Assembly: GCF_006345805.1 (NCBI RefSeq)
Contig: NW_021832801.1
Coordinates: forward strand, 1-46,119
Source: Octopus sinensis
Lineage: Eukaryota
Direction: 5' to 3'
Length of the DNA stretch: 46,119 nucleotides
The position numbers were made by a program, and so were the translations under genes. The notes beneath the pieces were generated by a model. The model saw nothing but the letters and a program-made list of their open reading frames with translations. It had not been told where the DNA came from and made no database searches. Shown in pieces: positions 23,431-35,564 of the stretch. Each line of letters begins with the position of its first letter. The first letter of the stretch is position 1.

Positions 23431-24505
23431 TAAAAACACTATTAGGCAAATCAAACAGTGAAAAACATAAACCAAAACTTAGAAATAAAATAATTAATAT
23501 ACAAAATATATAAATGTAAAATTCAAAATTAAATATTTAAATTTCAAGTTAAATTAATTTTTTTTAATTATTGATTTATACTTATAAATTTATATATATA
23601 TATATATATATATATTATATTATAATATATATATATATATATTATTTTTATTTTTATTATCATTTTAATTTATTTTTAATATATATAACTATTAAACGTA
23701 TTAAAAAGTTTAATACAAGATAAAAAGTAAAACCACTACGATCGTTTCATGCCCGTAACCTAATTCGAATAATAATTTAAATTCAATTAATAATTCGAAT
23801 TATGGTTATAGTCAATCTTCATGTTATTGATAATATTTGAATAAATAATCAAATATATTTAAACAATATTTTTTTAAGAAATAAATAAAATAATAATTTT
23901 TCTTATAAAAAACTCTATTATCAAACTAGAAATTTTAACGATTATGATTATGTCATACAATCGATTATAATTATTTAACACTATAATCGATTGTATGACA
24001 TAATCATAATCGTTAAATTTTCTAGTTTGATAATAGAGTTTTTTATAAGAAAAATTATTGTTTTATCTATTTCTTAAAAAAATATTGTTTAAATATATTT
24101 GATTATTTATTTAAATATTATCATTAACCTGAAGATTGACTATAACCATAATTCGAATTATTAATTGAATTTAAATTATTGTTATTCGAATTAGGTTATG
24201 GGCATGGAACGATCATAGTGGTTTTACTTTTTATCTTATATTAAACTTTTTAATACTTTTTGATAGTTATATATATTAAACAAAAAAAATTAAACTAATA
24301 ATAAAAATAATAATAATATATATATATATAGAGAGAGAGAGAAATTTATAAGTATAAATTAATAATTTAAAAATTTAAATAAACTTTAAATTTAAATAAT
24401 TTAAATTTTGAATTTTATATTTTATATATTTTGTATATTAATTAATTTTATTTCTATATTTTAGTTTATGTTTTTCACTGTTTGATTTGCCTAATAGTGG
24501 TTTTA
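23431..24505. repeat. 1.07-kb AT-rich palindrome (arms ~525-540 bp, 12-nt loop) with a decayed hammerhead in each arm
   Basis: Arm 23431-23969 mirrors 23982-24505; centre TGTCATACAATCGATTATA-attatttaacac-TATAATCGATTGTATGACA; flanked by (TA)n. Confidence 0.95.
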
Positions 24506-24578
24506 ATATATATATTTATACTATAAAATTAGATTTAATCCTAAATCTAATTTTTCCCTGTAAGTTGGATTTACTCCC

Positions 24579-24640
<62 letters not shown>

Positions 24641-24647
24641 GTATATA

Positions 24648-24783
24648 TACGACGGGCTTCTTTCAGTTCTGTCTACCAAAACCACTCACAAGGCTATGGT
24701 CGGCCCGAAGCTTTAGATACTTGCTCAAGGTACGCAGTGGGACTGAATGTGGTTGGGAAGCAAGCTTCTTACCACACAGCCAC
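24648..24783 (-). mobile_element. SINE family A 5' head
   Basis: Reverse complement of GGCTGTGTGGTAAGAAGCTTGCTTCCCAACCAC.. Confidence 0.8.
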
Positions 24784-24789
24784 GCCTGC

Positions 24790-25020
24790 GCCTATAAATA
24801 AACCATTTTAAAAACCCGAATGAAAGTTTCTCTTACATTAACGCATCATTATGCTATCCTATCACGTTACATAGGCATGACAGAACGGAAATTTAAGCAT
24901 GTATTTCAAGTTCTAATTCCTTCTTTAATCGAAAGATCCAAACTCCTCAAGAACTGAAAAAGATGTAATTTGTGCATAGCAGGATAAAGGAAATTCTTGA
25001 AAAACCCACATAACCAGAAC
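24790..25020 (+). mobile_element. Heavily deleted PLE remnant
   Basis: KPFKNPNESFSYINAS (RT C-terminal-like), YIGMTERKFK (GIY-YIG) and KRCNLCIA in close succession. Confidence 0.7.
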
Positions 25021-25452
25021 ACATGCACTTGTCTCTATTCAATGTTCACTCCCCTAGCGTTTATTTTCCTGGATTCATCAAAGAGAGTGCGGGCGATAAC
25101 TAAGTTTATATGTTACCAGGTCTATTTACGCTGTATGTCTGGGGCCCACTGTTGCTTCAAGTTCCCTTGTCCGCTTAGTATGGAGCTCTAAGTGAATTAG
25201 TTATTTGTGTGTGACTGCAAGAAGGCCTGGCAGAAATCTTGGTGAGAGAATGGCGGGAAGAGAGATTGTCTATCGACAGCGAAAACTCACGTACAGATCT
25301 CTTTCCTATTTCCCCGTATTGCCTAACCAGCGGCAGCGAGCTGTATAAGTAAAAGAGATCGCAAGCACCACTGCATTGCCCGCATCACATCATTTATACA
25401 CACACACAGATACATACACACATACAGATCCACAGATGCACACGGACCCATA

Positions 25453-25492
<40 letters not shown>

Positions 25493-26151
25493 TTCTCTTT
25501 ATATATAAACTTGAACACACAGTAAGCCTAAAAAGCATCACACATAGACAACCATCGACACAAAGACTAATAAGGCAACGGATGCAAAACACACGCGTTC
25601 ATATATGAAGAAACCACCATCATAAATATATTCGTACATTAACAAAACAAACAAAATAAGCTTATATTCATACACTAATAAAGTAAAAAATCTTGCAAGC
25701 ATACATACAGCAACAAGCAGAAATAAACGTACACACGAATACATATATATGTATATATACATACATATAAATCAGTCAAACAGAAATATACTTTAAAAGA
25801 CAACGAAAAAGTTCGTAGCCGCACACTCATATATATCAATTTAACACATAACGCCTTACACACAAACATACACACTCATTTATAGAAATAAATATGAAAC
25901 TTACACATACATAAATTAAAAAAATTACGCATACATCCATCAATAAAAATTACGCATACATCCATCAATAAAACAAAAACTCATGTATATACACACTGTT
26001 AAATAAATATTCAAACAACCCACGTATATACAAATTAAAACTCATGTTTTTTCATCTTTCTCTAAACTTTTACTCTATTTCTTAAATGTCTATGTTTTTC
26101 TGTATATTCATATATTATTCATTCCACAATTTCATTTATTATTTGTCGGTT

Positions 26152-26188
<37 letters not shown>

Positions 26189-27248
26189 TATATATATATA
26201 ATATATATATATATAGAAAGAAAACTCGATAATTCTAATTTTCTTTTTTATCATGTTCCTCTCAGGAATCGATAATCCTTTTCAATCATTTTAGTTTGGT
26301 TTATATACGTGTGTATATGCATGTGTGTGTATATATATGTATGTAATGTATGTATATGTAAACAGATGTAGCAGTGTGCTTGAAGCATTGCGGAATATGT
26401 AGAAAAGCAGGCAGTTATATAGAAAGTTATAGCAATGCAGTTAGAGCATTAGATACAGAGAATAGCAATTACAAATCTACATGAGAAATATTTAACTAGC
26501 TCAGATAGTTCGGTTAATATACTCCTTTTCAAATTTATCAACAGAACAAGAGTGAAAGCGTTCATTTGTGTTGTTCAAGAGATCACATGTAAAGATATGT
26601 AGAATTTGGGTTGAATCGTGTGGGATATCTGATAGTTGTTCCATTCAGTGTATTGAAACTGGTACACACGTTGTAGTTCCACCGAATTGAATAGTTGGTG
26701 AACGCATAAGTGTCTATCGTTGGGAGCCGTTTCATAGATGTGCATTAATCATACAGAAGGTCATTATCCATCCAGATCAATGAACATCTCTGTGCACGAA
26801 CATAATAAAAAAAAAACACTGCGACAAATGTAGACACATACAGAAAGGATATTACAGTCACTTTTTCAATCTACGGACCGCAACATTAGCAACGCGTTGA
26901 TTAAAGAAGTCATTCTAATTAAAAATAAAAAGAAACATATTGCAACAAACAAGTCGGTTTGAATTGAATAAGGTGCACTGTCATAGTCACCATTTATGAA
27001 CCAATTTTTTGCGCACATATTACTGCCAATAGAACACAATCCACAACCCCAAATCCCACATTTCTTCGAGCGCACGCTCACACACACATTCACACATACA
27101 CACGCGCACGCACACAGAACTGGACGCGTCAAACTAACACTCGCAGTTATCTCTTGTCTTGTTGCCTCTTTTGAAAAAGAATATTTTACCACAAAACCTC
27201 AATTCTTGGGATAGATGCTTCTAAAGTAACAATTAAAATTCTTGGTCA

Positions 27249-27249
<1 letters not shown>

Positions 27250-27292
<43 letters not shown>

Positions 27293-27356
27293 TTATTATT
27301 ATTATATTATTATTATTATTATTAATATTATTATTATTAATATTATTATTATTATT
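27250..27356. repeat. (TTA)n microsatellite forming the 3' tail/target of the R4/Dong element
   Basis: Direct reading. Confidence 0.95.
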
Positions 27357-28835
27357 CTATGTTTGACTTTTGCTTTATATTTGTACAAGTTGGCTCCAAG
27401 TCTCACCCAGAGACCTCAAGAGGCAACATGTTGGAAGTTCGTATTGTTGTTATGCCTAGTGTGCCATATATTTGGTTTTGTATTTAGTGTTGTACTAGTG
27501 AATGCCTAAAAAAAAACAACAACAAAATGAAAGTTATGTTTGTTTTAAAACTTGAGGTTACATAGAAAGTATTTTGCGTAGGATATGAGCAGTTCCCATG
27601 AGCACTATCTTTTGAATTTCTGCCATTTTTGGGTTTCCTGGTATCTGAGTTAGGTAGCAATCAGTCCCTTTCGCTATCATTCCCAGGGCACCTATGACAA
27701 CAGGTATTGATTTAGTCTTCAGGTTCCACATTTTGCCAATTTCTATTTCAAGATCTTTATATTTGCTCAGTTTTTGGTAGGTCTTGACAGATACGTTTAT
27801 ATCGATTGGGACAGTCATATCAATGTTTTTGTCTGAAGTCTTTCAATATGATGTCTGGCCTATTTGCATCTATCTTTCTGTCAGTTTGAATGGGGAAGTT
27901 CCAGAGTAGTGAGATGTGGTCATTTTCAAGCACTGGAGGTGGTTTTTGTTCCCACCGGTTTTTTCATGGGGCAAGTCCAGGTTTTTGCAGATTACCCAAT
28001 GATAGTGCAGCTCTATCATGCCTGTTGAGATACTCTGTAGGCGCTAGAAGACTGCACTTGGAGACAACATGATCATTGGTTTCATTTTGTTGTTGACATA
28101 CACGACATGTTGGGCTACTGCCGTTCTTTAATATGTTAGCCTGGTAGTTCCTTGTAGGTAGGCATTGATCGTGAGCTGCTATGATAAACCCTTCTGTTTC
28201 AGATTTTAAGCCAGAGGTCATTAGCCATTCATGTATCAGGGCTTTGTCAACATCTGCAACATTCGCTCTATTTGGGTATTTGCCATAGAGAGGTTTTTCT
28301 TGCCATTTATCGTTCAGAATATCTAAGGCCGCAGTTTTAGCATGGGTTTTCATGCGTTTAGCCTTTTCTGTGCTTGTTTCTTGTATGTCTAATTCCGAAA
28401 TTTGTTGTATTCGGAATTCACGTAGATGTTCCTTTGCCTGTTTTGTTACTGAGTATGATGCCTTCTTATTTTCATGTTTTGAGACAAGTTTTAACATCCA
28501 GTCCTCAGAGTTTTTCAGGTAGGTGTCTAGGCCAATTGTAGCAATCTTCATTGTTATTGCCAGTTGTGAAAGTCCACGGCCTCCCTCTTTTCTTGGCAGA
28601 TAAAGTCGTTCTATATCTGCCTTAGGGTGGTGCATTCTATGCATTGTCAACAGTTTTCGTATTTTTCTGTCAAGATTACATATTTCAGTAATTGACCAGT
28701 TAACGATATTGAAACTGTAGGTCACGACTGGTATGGCTAAAGCATTGATCGCTTCGATTCTGTTTCTCGCATTTAGCTCTGTCTTGAGTATTGCTCTTAC
28801 TCTGCGATAACATTCTCTCTTGATCCTTTCCTTCG
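27357..28835 (-). mobile_element. 5'-truncated R4/Dong-clade non-LTR retrotransposon (RT thumb, CCHC knuckle, REL endonuclease); frameshifted
   Basis: ORF 27964-28845: AINALAIPVVTYSF..ERLYLPRKEGGRGL..CRVCQQQNETNDHVVSKC..RHD; shifted frames give NRPDII..IDMTVP..KLSKYKDL..IPVVIGALG (ORF 27558-27818). Confidence 0.93.
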
Positions 28836-28878
28836 TTTTATACATATATTTATTATTTATATATTTATTATTATTATT

Positions 28879-29432
28879 GAGTGAGAGAGCAGTTCATGCC
28901 ATCAAAGTGACACTGGGGTAAAATATACGAAGCCCAATATACCCATCATGACTACCCGTCTGATAAGGGTACACCAGGCACATGCATCACAACCATATGT
29001 GCGCGACATGGTGATCTTATATCAAGATAAACAGCACATGACCTTGCAAGTGGGGCCCTGTTAGAATTTACTTCAGGTTGAGTAGCCTATCCCGCTCAAA
29101 AGGTCCCTGAATAAGGGTTGTTTAAGGATGTTGAAAGAGCCACCCATGTTTCCAGAGGTGAATTATTCAAACCCCAAAGAATCCCTTTCAACACATGGCT
29201 ATGCTGCTCCCCCACTATTTCTGCTCGTGATCAGAGATGCACACATCGTCAGCCACCAAGGGACATGCTCAACTGGTTAAGGTCAAACAACTGACAAGCA
29301 AATCTGTGGTATTGAGCAGAATATTTGCTGTAGCCTATCTTTTATACCAAGACAAAACAATGTACATGATAACACTTCCAATCAGCTAAGATCAGAAGCC
29401 CTGAGAGCCACTGCCTGGTACTGCATCACCGC

Positions 29433-29434
<2 letters not shown>
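28879..29434 (-). mobile_element. ~555-bp non-coding dispersed element bounded by (TAA)n; strand inferred from the tail
   Basis: A second copy in opposite orientation lies at 45680-46119; no ORF. Confidence 0.8.
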
Positions 29435-29507
<73 letters not shown>

Positions 29508-29518
29508 TATTATTATTA

Positions 29519-29550
<32 letters not shown>

Positions 29551-29615
29551 TATTATTATATTATTATTATTATTATTTTATTATTATTATCATTATTATT
29601 ATTATATTATTATTA
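29435..29615. repeat. (TTA)n microsatellite
   Basis: Direct reading. Confidence 0.95.
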
Positions 29616-29705
29616 CTAGTAGTTAATGTCCGATCAATATTGCTGTAGCCTTCTGTACCATCGATGCTAACTCTCACTCCTTTTAAACACGCACAGACAC
29701 ACACA

Positions 29706-29766
<61 letters not shown>

Positions 29767-30157
29767 TTACGCACGCACATACTAACGCATACACATGTCT
29801 TCTAATTTGGGACGGTCATGTTTCCAATTAAAACACACTCACTAGTTGTATTTCATTCTAGTGTTAGTATCAATTAACTAGATAAGTTGATTAAATATGA
29901 AATTAATTAAATGACTCGACAAAGTTCTTTTGTTAGAGATTGCGATCTTATCGATGACCGTATGACTCAAAAGAAAGAGCAAAGTGCAGAGAGCAGAGAG
30001 TGAAGGACAGAGAGCAGAGAGCGAAGGACAGAGAGCAGAGAGCGAAGAGTACGTGATAGTGTGAAGATGCTGTAGAGGAGGTCATCGTCATCGATAAATC
30101 AGAGGCTGCGATGAAGTAATTTTATAAATTAATTTGATAATATCAGACAATTATGTC

Positions 30158-30512
30158 AAGCGACGAGCTGGCCGAATCGTTAGCACACCGTGCAAAAATG
30201 CTTTGCAGGATTCTGTCCGTTTTCATCTTCTGCGTTCAAATTCCATCGAGGTCGGTTTTGCCCTCCATCCTTTCGCGGTTGATAAATTAAGTACCAGTTG
30301 TGTACTTGGGTCGATCGAATCGACTGGCCCCCTCCCCCCAAATTTTGGGCCTTGTGCCAAGAGAAGAAAAGAAACGTTAGCATGTCGGGCGAAATGCTTA
30401 GCGGTATTTCATCCGTCTATACGTTCTCAGTTCAAACTCCACCGAGGTCGACTTTGCCTTACGTCCTTTCGGGGTCGATAAATTAAGTACCAGTTGAGCA
30501 TTTGGGTCGATG
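30158..30512 (+). mobile_element. SINE family B, two tandem units
   Basis: GAGCTGGCCGAATCGTTAGC head; the body (GTCG..TTTGCC..CCTTTCG.GGTCGATAAATTAAGTACCAGTTG) occurs twice. Confidence 0.88.
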
Positions 30513-30599
30513 TAATCCTCGGAATTATGCAATTAAGTAATTAGATATTTTATACTATTTTAAGAACCATATTAAGAACTCGGGGCGTTAAAACTACTC

Positions 30600-31395
30600 T
30601 CAGTTCCAAACCATTGCTAAATGGATCCCCTCGGGTCACATTGAATTCTGGATTGCAACTCATATTCCTGGAAAGAAAGAGCCTGAGCTTATAAAATTAA
30701 ATACGTATTTAGAAATTAAATAGGCTCGGTATTGATATTCAAGACGGTAAGCGGCCTCTTCTGGTCTTATAACTTTTTACTTTGCAATTTAGAACTTAGC
30801 ACAGGCCATTCTTTAATATGACTTGAGTATTAATGCCGAGTCATAAGAGAAGAATAGAATATTCTTGCAAGAGAATGGCCTTGATTGGCCCAGATAGCAT
30901 GAAGCTGACTTCGTTGTGAAGAACAACCAGCTGAGTACAGTAGAACGAAGCGGCAGTAGTTTAGAGCGCCTCCTTTTCTATACCACCGCGAGCCAAGTTA
31001 TCTTTACGAGCGAGTATATCCCGATTATGATCTCTACACCAAACCGAAAGGATAAGATCTATGAGAATCCGCCGACACTTGAAAGTAATATAGTTAGGAA
31101 AGATCAACTCTTTTCTCTGGATGACTTCAAAGTCAGAGATGGTGCAGACCCCAACGCATGCCTTCCTATGGTGTGGGCAAAATGAATGATACTAGACGGT
31201 CACTGCTCGATTTGTGCAACGTCATGTTCCGGCGTCACCAGTTTCTACTTCAGACAAAGCCCCACCGTAAAGTTTCTTAGACACAACTGCAGTCAAACTC
31301 CTGGAATCAATTACATCTCATCATAGTCTGATACGCCATTATTAAAGACATTCTTCACACACGCTTCTATCACAATGCTGACTGCGAAAAATATC
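30600..31395 (+). mobile_element. RTE-clade LINE APE-endonuclease remnant with many stops and frameshifts
   Basis: RLGIDI..; FVVKN; TPNRKDKIYE; LDDFKVRDGAD (cf. LGDFNARVGAD); GVGKMNDTRRSLLDLC; KVS*T..SNSWNQL; TRFYHNADC. Confidence 0.82.
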
Positions 31396-31481
31396 ATTCT
31401 TTAGATAGACAAATAGATAGATACAAAGATAGATTGATAGACAAACCGAACATAATATATATATATAATATATATATATAT

Positions 31482-31528
<47 letters not shown>

Positions 31529-31591
31529 TAGACAGCCCAGACATATATATGTATATATATATATGCGTGTGTGTGTGTGTATATTTATATA

Positions 31592-31634
<43 letters not shown>

Positions 31635-31639
31635 TATAT

Positions 31640-31732
31640 ATAGATAGATAGATAGATAGACAGACAGACCGACAGACAGACAGATAGATAGATATATAGA
31701 TATATAGATAGATAGATAGTTAGATAGATAGT

Positions 31733-31790
<58 letters not shown>

Positions 31791-31816
31791 TAGATAGATA
31801 GATAGATAGATAGATA
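31640..31816. repeat. (GATA)n/(GACA)n microsatellite
   Basis: Direct reading. Confidence 0.95.
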
Positions 31817-32340
31817 AAGTATGAGCTAATGTATTTAAGGCATGAAACATGAAAAGACTTAACTATATGTTGCGAAACAGCTAGATTGAATAACATATAG
31901 ACATATATATGCAAACTCATGCTATAACATATTTAAAATAAAACATGGAACATAAAAAGGCTAACTAGAAATAAAATATGTTGTCAGCAGACATATCGCT
32001 TTAGAAATATGCAAATTTGTGTTAACATATTCAATATATAGAACATTAAAAAGTTAAACAGAAGTAATCATGACGTCAGAGAGACTGATGAATCAATAAA
32101 TGTAAGGTATAAGGAAGTTTGTGTTTAATAGAGGTAATACACGAATCATTAAAAACTAACTAAAATATACATCTGGTAAGGGAAACATAATATTAGTCAA
32201 TTATAAATAATGTTTTCAGTTTGCGGTTTTATTGGCAGTTACAGGGAACAACTCTTGACATAATTCGGCTTTGTTTTGGGCTCGTCAGCGAAATTATAAC
32301 AAGATGGTTATTTGCGACAAAGAAATCTGGAATCCGTCTT

Positions 32341-32612
32341 AATCACATGGTTCGGAATTTAGTCCCATTGCGTGGTACCTTGCGCAAATGACTTCTAATC
32401 TAGCCTCGGGCTAGCCAAAGCCTTGTGGGAGGGGGTGTTCAGTGGATGGAAACTAGAAGTTTGTTGTGTGAGTGTGACTACTGTCTGACAACATTTGTCC
32501 GCTGTTTACGTCACCGTAACTTAGCAGATCAGCAAAAGACAACGATAAAATACATTCTTCAAGGCGGTGCTCCAGCATGGCCGCAGTCTAATGACTGAAA
32601 ACTAGTAAAAGA
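32341..32612 (+). mobile_element. SINE family A, degenerate
   Basis: CACATGGTTCGG..CCAAAGCCTTGTG..CAGCATGGCCGCAGTCTAATGACTGAAA. Confidence 0.8.
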
Positions 32613-32678
32613 AAAAAAAAGAAATATATTTCAGTTGTGTGTGTGTGTGTGTATGCGCGCGCCCGTGTGTGCGTGTGT

Positions 32679-32993
32679 GGCACTGAGTCGGTTACGACGA
32701 TGAGCAGTGTTCCATTTCATTCGATCAAAGGAACAGCTTGCTCGTGAAATAACGTCCAAGTGGCTGAGTTTTCGACAGACACATGTACTCTTAACTTAGT
32801 TCACAAGGAGATTCAGCATGACACAGATTGTGACAACGCCGGTCCTTTGAAAAACAGGTACGACTAATTTTTGCCAGCTGACTGGATTGGAGGAACGTGA
32901 AATAATGTCTTGCTGAAGGACACAACGCGCGGCACGGAATTGAACTCACGACCTTACGATCACGAACCGAATTCCCTAATCACCAAGCCACGC
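32679..32993 (-). mobile_element. SINE family C (tRNA-derived head)
   Basis: Minus-strand head GCGTGGCTTGGTGATTAGG..GAGTTCAATTCC..TGTCCTTCAGCAAGAC; homologous to 36511-36822. Confidence 0.85.
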
Positions 32994-33019
32994 ATACATA
33001 CACATGGTTCAAGTGTACA

Positions 33020-33121
33020 GAAAACAAAAGTCAAAGACAGATGAGGGAACAACAAGCACGTGTATTAGTTTGACGCTCTGGAACAATGGAAAAGTCTTTG
33101 ACATTTTGAGCCTACGCTCTT
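33020..33121 (-). repeat. Partial copy of the repeat at 44389-44520
   Basis: Shared GCGTCAAACTAATAC and AAAGACTTT motifs. Confidence 0.7.
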
Positions 33122-33134
33122 GTATGTATGTATT

Positions 33135-33590
33135 TACCAACCTACCTACACACCCACCTACATAATACATACCTACCAATCTTACTACCTACTTGCCTAC
33201 CTACCTATCTACCAACCTACCTACCTACCTACCAACCTACCTACCTACCTACCAACTTACCTACCTACTAACCTACCAACCTACCTACCTACCGACCAAC
33301 CAACCTACCTATTTACCAACCTACCTACCCACCCACCCTACATAATACCTACCTATCAATCAACTACTTGCCTACCTACCTATCCTCCTACCTACCAACC
33401 TACCTACTTAACTACTTACTCTCCTGCCTACCTACCTACCTACCTACATACATACATACATGCATACATACATATATACATACATACATACATACATACA
33501 TACATGCATGCATGCATGCATGCATACATACATACATACATACATGCATACATACATACATACATATATACATACATACACACACACACA
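33135..33590. repeat. (CCTA)n then (CATA)n microsatellite
   Basis: Direct reading; explains the PTYL/HTYI pseudo-ORFs. Confidence 0.95.
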
Positions 33591-34033
33591 TATACAAAAG
33601 AGAAAGAGAGAGGGAGTGAGAAAGAAAGTGAGAGCGAGAGAGAGAATAGATACACTATTCAGAGTCAATGGCGGGTACCATATTCCTCTCCTACATGCTG
33701 TGTTTACGATGTAGGTATTAAACCGGGGAAAGGGTAGTGTGTGGAATTCGTGCCACTTATAAGTATTTAATAAAATACAGAAAACAGGTATGATATTCAA
33801 ATCATATAAAATATATACGTATTTCATGCTGAATACTGAAGATATTCATTACGTAATTATAGAATGTTTCAATCGCAATTATGTAATCAGGAAAGTAATT
33901 TACGGAAACACGTAAAGCTTTGAATAATAGTCCCATTACGTGACACCTTGAACAAGTGTTTTCTACTATAACCTCGAGCCTAACTAAAGCCTTGCAAGTG
34001 GATTTGATAAAGGCAACTGAAAGAAGCCCGTCG

Positions 34034-34081
<48 letters not shown>

Positions 34082-34102
34082 AGTGTGTGCACGGGTATCA
34101 AT

Positions 34103-34187
34103 TCATTACGGCCGTTTCAAGTGGCTCCATTTAATTGATGAAGGAGAACATTACATCAATTTGAAAGAAACCGCTCTCTTCAGATGA
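34103..34187 (-). ncRNA. Type I hammerhead motif, minus arm
   Basis: Minus strand: TCAT-CTGAAGA-GAGCGGTTTC...GAGCCACTT-GAAA-CGGCCGT-A-ATGA; palindromic ACGGCCGT; GUA site; 4-bp stem I. Confidence 0.78.
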
Positions 34188-34339
34188 CCGCATAGACATC
34201 AAGCATAAAGGGTAAACCATTCCGCCACAGATATAAGAATAGGAAACAACGTAAATATTTTGGTTTCCATTATTGATGTAACTTTGTTACAAAAGAAAAA
34301 AAGTTAATGGTTTATCCCGTATGCTTGATGCATATACGA

Positions 34340-34424
34340 TGATCTGAAGAGTGTGGTTTCTTTCAAATTGATGTAATGCTCTCATTAATTAATTAAATGA
34401 AGCCGCTTGAAACGGCCGTAATGA
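34340..34424 (+). ncRNA. Type I hammerhead motif, plus arm (stem I weakened)
   Basis: CTGAAGA 34344-34350; stem II GTGTGGTTTC/GAAGCCGCTT; GAAA 34409-34412; ACGGCCGT; GUA site. Confidence 0.72.
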
Positions 34425-35564
34425 ATTGAGACTTGTACATCTTTGTTACTTATTTATATTCCGTTCATCTAAGTTGGGATCTCGACTTCGGAAATACTAT
34501 AGAAAGTACCTTTATAAAAAGTACAGGTTTGAATTACCAAGAGCGGGTATCTTCACTTAGTTGGGTTGTGTTGTCTACACACACGGCAGGAATATCAGGT
34601 AAAAACACCCCTGCATGGGGTCTTGATTTTCAAATAATATTGTTGGGGTGTGCGGACTATATCGAATTTGCAAGGTGACTCAAATTTGGTACCTAATTCA
34701 ACTGAATCTTAATTATATATGTATATATGCGTGTGTTTGTGTGTGTGTGTTTGTGTGTGTATGTGTATGTGTGTTTGTGCCTGTGTTTGTCCCACGCCAC
34801 TGCTTGTCAACCGGTGTTGGTGTGTCTACATTCCCGTAACCTAGCGGTTCAGTAAATCAGAACGATAGAATAAGTACCAGACTTACAAAAAAAAAAAAAT
34901 TAGTACTGGGGCGATTTATTTGACTAAAATTTCTTCAAGGAGGTGCCTCAGCATGGCCGCAGTCTAATGACTGCAGCAAGTAATTAAAAAGGAAGAAAGC
35001 AGAGAATGTTGACAGGTGCTTGCGATGTCAAAGTGGTAGTAATGGCGGTATTGGCGGTGGTGTTGGTGTTGGCAATGGCGTTGGTGTTGGCGGTGGTGGC
35101 AGTGGTGATGGTGATGGCGGTGGTGGGATCTCCTAAATCATCATTTAACTCCCTTTACAAACTACAACCTCCCTCCCCGCTCTTCCACCCCGCACATTGT
35201 CCTTTATAAATCAAATACGTCTCTTAAACTCTTTACACACTGACCACCACAGAAAAATATATGGAGCGGTGGCGTCTTGGGGGACGTTATATATTTGTTT
35301 CCTTTTAATCATATTTTTTTTTCTTTTTTGTTTCCTTCTCCCTTCGTTTCTTTTCTTTCCTTTTCTTTTCTGTTCTGTCCTTTTGTGAACAAAATACTTC
35401 GAACTTTAACCTTTCCCCCAACTTTAAAAGGAATAGATTTACTCTTAGGACTGGGTGGAGGGTAGGTGAGTGTGGTGGCGGACAAAGGTGGCCGGTGGGT
35501 GGCAAGCACTAGCCAGAAGATCGAGGACAGGAGAGTAAGCATGAAGGAAGCGATAATGGAGGGG

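Larger units (their letters stand above)
34098..34429. repeat. Foldback with ~124-bp inverted arms, each carrying a hammerhead
   Basis: 34098-34221 mirrors 34306-34429. Confidence 0.92.
33942..34985 (+). mobile_element. SINE family A split by a nested insertion: 5' half 33942-34045, 3' half 34745-34985
   Basis: The head ends in GAAAGAAGCCCGTCGT(TA)n; the 3' half resumes after ~620 bp of foreign sequence placed within the internal microsatellite. Confidence 0.8.

Noticed and set aside
26600-26740. Minus-strand ELQRVYQFQYTEW resembling the pre-WPD segment of protein tyrosine phosphatases
   Set aside because: No PD after W, stops close on both sides and no convincing splice sites; chance resemblance cannot be excluded.
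32255-32290. Minus-strand CTGACGAG..CGAAT..GTC hammerhead-like string
   Set aside because: GAAA is mutated and stems I and III do not pair; at most a very decayed remnant.
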